From: Sedimentisphaera cyanobacteriorum
GTDB taxonomy: Bacteria > Planctomycetota > Phycisphaerae > Sedimentisphaerales > Sedimentisphaeraceae
NCBI RefSeq assembly: GCF_001997385.1
Contig: NZ_CP019633.1
Location: forward strand, 1 to 32,000
DNA length: 32,000 bases
Direction of reading: 5' to 3'
The position numbers and the translations under genes are program-made. Shown one piece after another: positions 27,634 to 32,000 of this stretch. Numbering within the stretch: the first letter of the stretch is position 1; every line of letters begins with the position of its first letter. The notes under the pieces were generated by a model. That model was not told the DNA's origin and searched no databases. It was given only the letters and a program-made list of their open reading frames with translations.

Positions 27634-29871
27634 ATGTACGCAGATAAAAATATATGGAAATTACTTTCGCTGTTTCTGGTATCTTTCTCCGGGCTTGTTA
27701 TGGCTCAAACAGAGCTGGATAAAAAGGCTGATGCCTTGGTGTCTAAAATGACTCTCGATGAGAAGGCCGGACAGATGACCCAGCTCACCCTCAAGTCATT
27801 CACTAACGGCAAATCAGGCAGTGAACTCAGGCTCAATAAGGATAAGCTCGAAAGATACATTGCAGAAGAGAAGATAGGCTCAGTTCTCAATTGCGGAGGT
27901 CAGGCGCTGCCGCCGGAGAAATGGCTTGAAATAACCAATCAGGTTCAGAAATATGCAAAGAAGACCCGTCTGCAAATCCCTGTTATCTACGGGCTCGATT
28001 CAATACACGGAGCTGGTTATGTTTCCGGCTCTGTGCTTTTCCCGCACAACATAGCTATGGCAGCAGCGGGCAGCCGTGAGCTGGTTAACAAAATGGCAGA
28101 AGCAGCCGCCCTCGAAACCAGAGCAGCGGGGATAAGATGGAATTTTGCTCCGGTTCTCGGAGTTGCAAGGCATCCGTTTTGGCCGCGTCATTACGAAACC
28201 TTCGGAGAAGATTCTTTCATCGCATCCGAGCTTGGAAAGGCATACATTTCAGGCCTTCAGGGCGAAAAGCTCCCGCTGGCAGAGGATAAAGTTCTAGTAT
28301 GTATGAAGCATTTCCTCGGATACAGCTATCCTCGTTCAGGGCGGGACAGAACCCCCGCATGGATTCCGGAAATCCAGCTAAGAGAGATTTTCGTACCTCC
28401 GTTCAGGGCAGCAGTTCAGGCGGGCGCTGTTACTGCAATGATAAATTCCTCCGAGATTAACGGGCGGTCTGTGCATGCAAGCCCGTTTTATCTCAAAAGG
28501 CTTCTTCGGGAGGATATGGAATTCAGCGGTTTTACCGTGAGCGACTGGGCAGATATCGACAACCTCTACACGCGTGAGATGGTGGCTGAGAATCAAAGGC
28601 AGGCGGTGAAAATCGGTGTTAATGCAGGCATTGATATGAGTATGACGCCGTTCAAGATTGATTTCAAGAAGCACTTAGTTTCTCTCGTTCAGGCGGGCGA
28701 AGTTTCTGTTGAGAGGGTGGATGAGGCTGTGCGGAACATACTGAAAGTTAAGTTCCAAGCAGGCCTGTTTGATGATCCCTTCCAGGATAATAAGTTAGCA
28801 GGGCAGATAGCTTCTGAAAATGCAAAAAAACTCAATCAGCGCTGCGCGGAAGAGTGCATTACTCTTCTGAAAAATAATTCTGATATACTCCCGCTTTCAG
28901 AGGGCACTAAAATTCTTGTTGCCGGCCCATCCGCTAATTTGAAAAGTGTATTAAATGGGGGATGGTCCCGCACTTGGCAGGGCAGGGAAGAGCATCTGTA
29001 TCCTGAAACGCAAAAGACGATTCTTGAAGCAGTCAAGGCTGAATTCGGCGAAGAGAATGTAAGCTTTGAAAAGGGAGCAGATTTCCAAAAGCTGCTCAAT
29101 GCAGATAAGGCCTATGCTAAGGCAGAAAAATGCGATTTGATAGTGCTCTGCGCGGGAGAAAAAACATATACAGAACATTCAGGCAATATCAGGGACTATG
29201 AAATATCCCTCTCCCAGCGTAAGCTCGCAGAAAGGCTGAGCGAGGCAGGCAAGCCGATTGTAACCGTTCTTACTCAGGGCAGGCCTCGAGTGGTTCGGGA
29301 GATTGAGAAGCTCTCAGATGCTGTTGTGATGGCATATCTCCCGGGCGTTAAAGGTGCAGATGCAATAGCTGATGTGCTCTCCGGCGATGTTAATCCCAGC
29401 GGGCGGCTTCCGTTTTCGTATCCGAAATATGCCGGCGGATTTGAATGGTACGACTACAAAAAATCAGCAGATTGGAGCCAGTGCAAGGTTGAGTTTCAGT
29501 GGCCGTTTGGTGCTGGCCTTTCATATACCGATTTCGAATGCAGCAATTTGAAGCTTTCAAGAGATTCTGATGAGAAGGAAGATTTCAATGGGCTGAAGGT
29601 ATCGATTGAAATTGAAAACAAAGGCAGAATGAAGGGCGGCTATATTGTTCAGGTTTACGTTTCAGATAAAGTGGCAAGTGTTACCCCGGCAAATAAACGC
29701 CTCAAGCAGTTTAAGAAGATCTATCTAAAGCCCGGCGAAAAGCAAACCGTTGAATTTGATTTGCCCCCCGAGGCCTTTTCATTTATCAATGCAGAATGCA
29801 AAAGGGTTATAGAGCCGGGTGAATTTGTTATACGTGCTGGCGGCTTGAAAAAGAAGTTTGTTCTAAAATAA
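27634..29871 (+). CDS. Glycoside hydrolase family 3 beta-glucosidase/exo-glycosidase (BglX-like), secreted
   Basis: 745 aa with signal peptide (LSLFLVSFSGLVMAQ). GH3 motifs are present: GLDSIHG, KHFLGYS and the nucleophile region GFTVSDWADI. The alpha/beta sandwich and the C-terminal FnIII-like domain are recognisable (GGYIVQVYVSD...KRLKQFKKIYLKPGEK). An SD-like AAGGGG lies upstream of the ATG. Confidence 0.9.
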   Translation: MYADKNIWKLLSLFLVSFSGLVMAQTELDKKADALVSKMTLDEKAGQMTQLTLKSFTNGKSGSELRLNKDKLERYIAEEKIGSVLNCGGQALPPEKWLEITNQVQKYAKKTRLQIPVIYGLDSIHGAGYVSGSVLFPHNIAMAAAGSRELVNKMAEAAALETRAAGIRWNFAPVLGVARHPFWPRHYETFGEDSFIASELGKAYISGLQGEKLPLAEDKVLVCMKHFLGYSYPRSGRDRTPAWIPEIQLREIFVPPFRAAVQAGAVTAMINSSEINGRSVHASPFYLKRLLREDMEFSGFTVSDWADIDNLYTREMVAENQRQAVKIGVNAGIDMSMTPFKIDFKKHLVSLVQAGEVSVERVDEAVRNILKVKFQAGLFDDPFQDNKLAGQIASENAKKLNQRCAEECITLLKNNSDILPLSEGTKILVAGPSANLKSVLNGGWSRTWQGREEHLYPETQKTILEAVKAEFGEENVSFEKGADFQKLLNADKAYAKAEKCDLIVLCAGEKTYTEHSGNIRDYEISLSQRKLAERLSEAGKPIVTVLTQGRPRVVREIEKLSDAVVMAYLPGVKGADAIADVLSGDVNPSGRLPFSYPKYAGGFEWYDYKKSADWSQCKVEFQWPFGAGLSYTDFECSNLKLSRDSDEKEDFNGLKVSIEIENKGRMKGGYIVQVYVSDKVASVTPANKRLKQFKKIYLKPGEKQTVEFDLPPEAFSFINAECKRVIEPGEFVIRAGGLKKKFVLK

Positions 29872-29891
29872 ATTAGCGAATCGAAGGCCGG

Positions 29892-30803
29892 TCAGCCTGC
29901 TGCAATCCCCGCAGCAGAAGCGGCCGCCATACATACATAATGGGCAATATTAAGGGCGTTTGGAAGATTAACGCCCTTTTTGCTTAATCTTTCTTCGCTT
30001 GCCGATATTAAGCAGGCAGCTCCCAGCGGAGAAACAAACAGATAAAACATTGCACCGCCTGCAAAGCTGCACTCCAGCGAAACGCTCACAATCGCAATTA
30101 TATACGAAAGGCCAATCAGGCATCTGTAAAATGCTGCAGCCTTTTTAACCCCGAAAACTGCGGGAAATGTTTTCTTTCCGGCAGCCCTGTCTGCTTCGAT
30201 ATCCGGTATGGAGTTGAGAAGGGCGGTGGCAGCTATAAGCAGCCCGGTAATTACGGCAGGTGCAGTGATTTCAGGAGAGAATTTCCCGGCCTGCAGGTAG
30301 TATGCACCGGCTGTGGGCAGGATGCCGAATACCGTAAAGATATAAGCCTCGCCGGGCATTCGGTAGCAGATGCTGAAGGGCGGGAGCGTCCAGAGGACGC
30401 CCGCAAGCACGCCGACAATGCCCATCAGTAGTATAACCGGGCTGGCGGAGATTAACACAATCACAAGGCCGATCAGCGCTCCCGATATTAGTGCAGTGAG
30501 CCCTGCTGAACGCATTTGCTCAGGGCTTAGAATCCCGTCCTGTATGTATCTGCTGCCTCCTCCGAAAACTGTTCTGTTTGTGTTGAGCCAGTCGTTTCCC
30601 GAGAGGTGGTCGAAGTAGTCGTTGAGCATATTCGAGCCTGCATTTATGCACATTATGCTCAAAACTGCGAGGCAGGCAGTAAGCAGGTCAAGCTCGCCGG
30701 CAGCTTTTGCCCCGAGAGACGTGCCAATCACAACAGGTGGAATGCCAGGGAGCAGAAAAGCCGGCTCGGGCGCGCATAAAATTTTCAGAACCCTCTTGTT
30801 CAA
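29892..30803 (-). CDS. menA: UbiA-family prenyltransferase, 1,4-dihydroxy-2-naphthoate polyprenyltransferase-like
   Basis: 303 aa and polytopic. The first Asp-rich motif is NMLNDYFDHLSGND and the second is NSIPDIEADRAAGKKT, both matching the MenA pattern. The start is TTG at 30803, preceded by GAGGT with 5-nt spacing. Confidence 0.7.
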   Translation of the reverse strand: MNKRVLKILCAPEPAFLLPGIPPVVIGTSLGAKAAGELDLLTACLAVLSIMCINAGSNMLNDYFDHLSGNDWLNTNRTVFGGGSRYIQDGILSPEQMRSAGLTALISGALIGLVIVLISASPVILLMGIVGVLAGVLWTLPPFSICYRMPGEAYIFTVFGILPTAGAYYLQAGKFSPEITAPAVITGLLIAATALLNSIPDIEADRAAGKKTFPAVFGVKKAAAFYRCLIGLSYIIAIVSVSLECSFAGGAMFYLFVSPLGAACLISASEERLSKKGVNLPNALNIAHYVCMAAASAAGIAAG

Positions 30804-30835
30804 ATTTTACCTCAAATATCACTGCTGCCGTGAAA

Positions 30836-30860
30836 TTAAAAAGCCTGCACTGGGCAGGCT
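30836..30860 (-). terminator. Rho-independent terminator downstream of aspS
   Basis: On the minus strand the element reads AGCCTGC / CCAGT / GCAGGCT followed by TTTTTAATTT. It lies 27 nt after the aspS stop. Confidence 0.65.
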
Positions 30861-30886
30861 CAGAATTTATTTGTTATTATACTGTA

Positions 30887-32000
30887 CTATTCGAGTTTTT
30901 CAGCATCTTCGTGCAGATGCTTTTGAACGTGTATATTCAGCTCATCAAGCTGCTGCTGGTCAACCTCGCCCGGGGCCTCTGTCATTAGGCACTGGCCTCT
31001 CTGAGTTTTCGGGAACGCTATAACGTCCCTTATGTTCTCAGTGCCTGTGAGGATCATAGTGAGCCTGTCGAGCCCGAATGCGATGCCCCCGTGGGGAGGC
31101 GTTCCATATTTCAAAGCATTCAGGAAGAATCCGAAACGCTCTTCTGCCATCTCATCGCTAATGTTCAGAAGCGAGAAGATCTTGCGCTGAATTTGGGGGT
31201 CGTGGATACGAATGCTTCCCCCGCCGATTTCCGAGCCGTTGCACACAAGGTCGTATGCCTTAGACCGCACGCTTCCCGGATCGCTTTCGAGCTTGTCCAA
31301 GTCTTCATCTACCGGAGAGGTGAACGGGTGATGCAGCGAGTCCCAGCGTTTTGTATCTTCATCCCATTCCATAAGAGGGAAGTCTGTTACCCAGACGAAT
31401 TTGTATTCACCCGGGCTGTAAAGCTCAAGGTCTTTGCCGAGCTTAATCCTGAGAGCTGCAAGAGCCCTGTTTACAGTATTCTTCTTGTCTGCCACAAACA
31501 GCAGCAGATCGCCTTCTTCGGCTCCGAATGTGTCCAGTATTTTTTCTCTCTGCTCATCTGTGAAGAATTTGGCTATATTGCTCTTGAGATCGAGTCTGCC
31601 GGTCTCTTCGTTCTTTGCCGCCTTAAACCAAGCGAGTCCTTTAGCCCCGTAGTCAGCAACAAAGCCTGTGAGCGTCTTTTCTATATCGCTTCTGGAGTAT
31701 GTCCCTGCTCCTTTTGCGCAGAGCCCTTTAACGAGCCCGCCTTTTTCTACAGTAGAGGTAAATACCTTGAAGCTTGATTCGCCCGCTATATCTGTTATAT
31801 CCTTAAGCTGCATATCGAAGCGCAGGTCAGGGCGGTCTGTACCGTAATTTTCAATCGCATCGGCATAGGTCATCTGCTTTATCGGCAGGTCTATATCAAC
31901 GCCCAAAATCTTCTTCCAGACCCTTGCAATCATATTTTCATTGATTTTAATCACATCATCGCAGTCAACAAAGCTCATCTCGAGGTCTATCTGCGTGAAT
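30887..32000 (-). CDS. aspS: Aspartyl-tRNA synthetase, C-terminal ~370 aa (5' part lies beyond the window edge)
   Basis: Class II aaRS motif 3 region is present (GGIAFGLDRLTMILTGTENIRDVIAFPKT), as is GSIRIHD. The frame stays open upstream of the first Met listed in the ORF track. Codons 31979-31999 read FTQIDLE before MSF, matching the conserved FTQ(L/I)D.EMSF of AspRS, so the gene is truncated by the window. Confidence 0.93.
   Translation of the reverse strand, partial: FTQIDLEMSFVDCDDVIKINENMIARVWKKILGVDIDLPIKQMTYADAIENYGTDRPDLRFDMQLKDITDIAGESSFKVFTSTVEKGGLVKGLCAKGAGTYSRSDIEKTLTGFVADYGAKGLAWFKAAKNEETGRLDLKSNIAKFFTDEQREKILDTFGAEEGDLLLFVADKKNTVNRALAALRIKLGKDLELYSPGEYKFVWVTDFPLMEWDEDTKRWDSLHHPFTSPVDEDLDKLESDPGSVRSKAYDLVCNGSEIGGGSIRIHDPQIQRKIFSLLNISDEMAEERFGFFLNALKYGTPPHGGIAFGLDRLTMILTGTENIRDVIAFPKTQRGQCLMTEAPGEVDQQQLDELNIHVQKHLHEDAEKLE

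Overview
The window starts exactly at the TTG start codon of dnaA, so the record appears rotated to dnaA. It is a gene-dense chromosomal core region with 21 well-supported CDSs, the last of which (aspS) runs off the 3' edge. Housekeeping genes are dnaA, rnhA, murA, plsY, a malic enzyme, menA and aspS. Interleaved with them are secreted polysaccharide-degrading enzymes (GH127, GH2, GH30, GH3 and a Tat-signal Cys-type sulfatase) and envelope genes (a PEP-CTERM protein, a GT-C-like membrane glycosyltransferase, an OmpA-like lipoprotein, an AsmA/TamB-like giant protein and a CPBP protease). This mix, together with Shine-Dalgarno-like sites and some TTG/GTG starts, suggests an anaerobic polysaccharide degrader of the PVC type (Planctomycetota/Phycisphaerae or Kiritimatiellota-like). 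That taxonomic call is low-confidence inference. I found no rRNA, tRNA, CRISPR array, transposase, integrase, prophage or recognisable defence/toxin system. The most unusual element is a two-gene unit at 17.3-19.4 kb. Its first gene encodes an HTH / poly-acidic / two-TM / poly-lysine protein with no family I recognise, and the second encodes a coiled-coil OmpA-like lipoprotein. Secondary points are a dnaA locus lacking dnaN but carrying a lone perfect DnaA box downstream, a plsY-to-AsmA-like co-directional block, a UROD/MT2-like gene upstream of GH127, and a PEP-CTERM gene divergent from a GT-C plus methyltransferase pair. All functional calls rest on motif recognition by eye; no database search was run.
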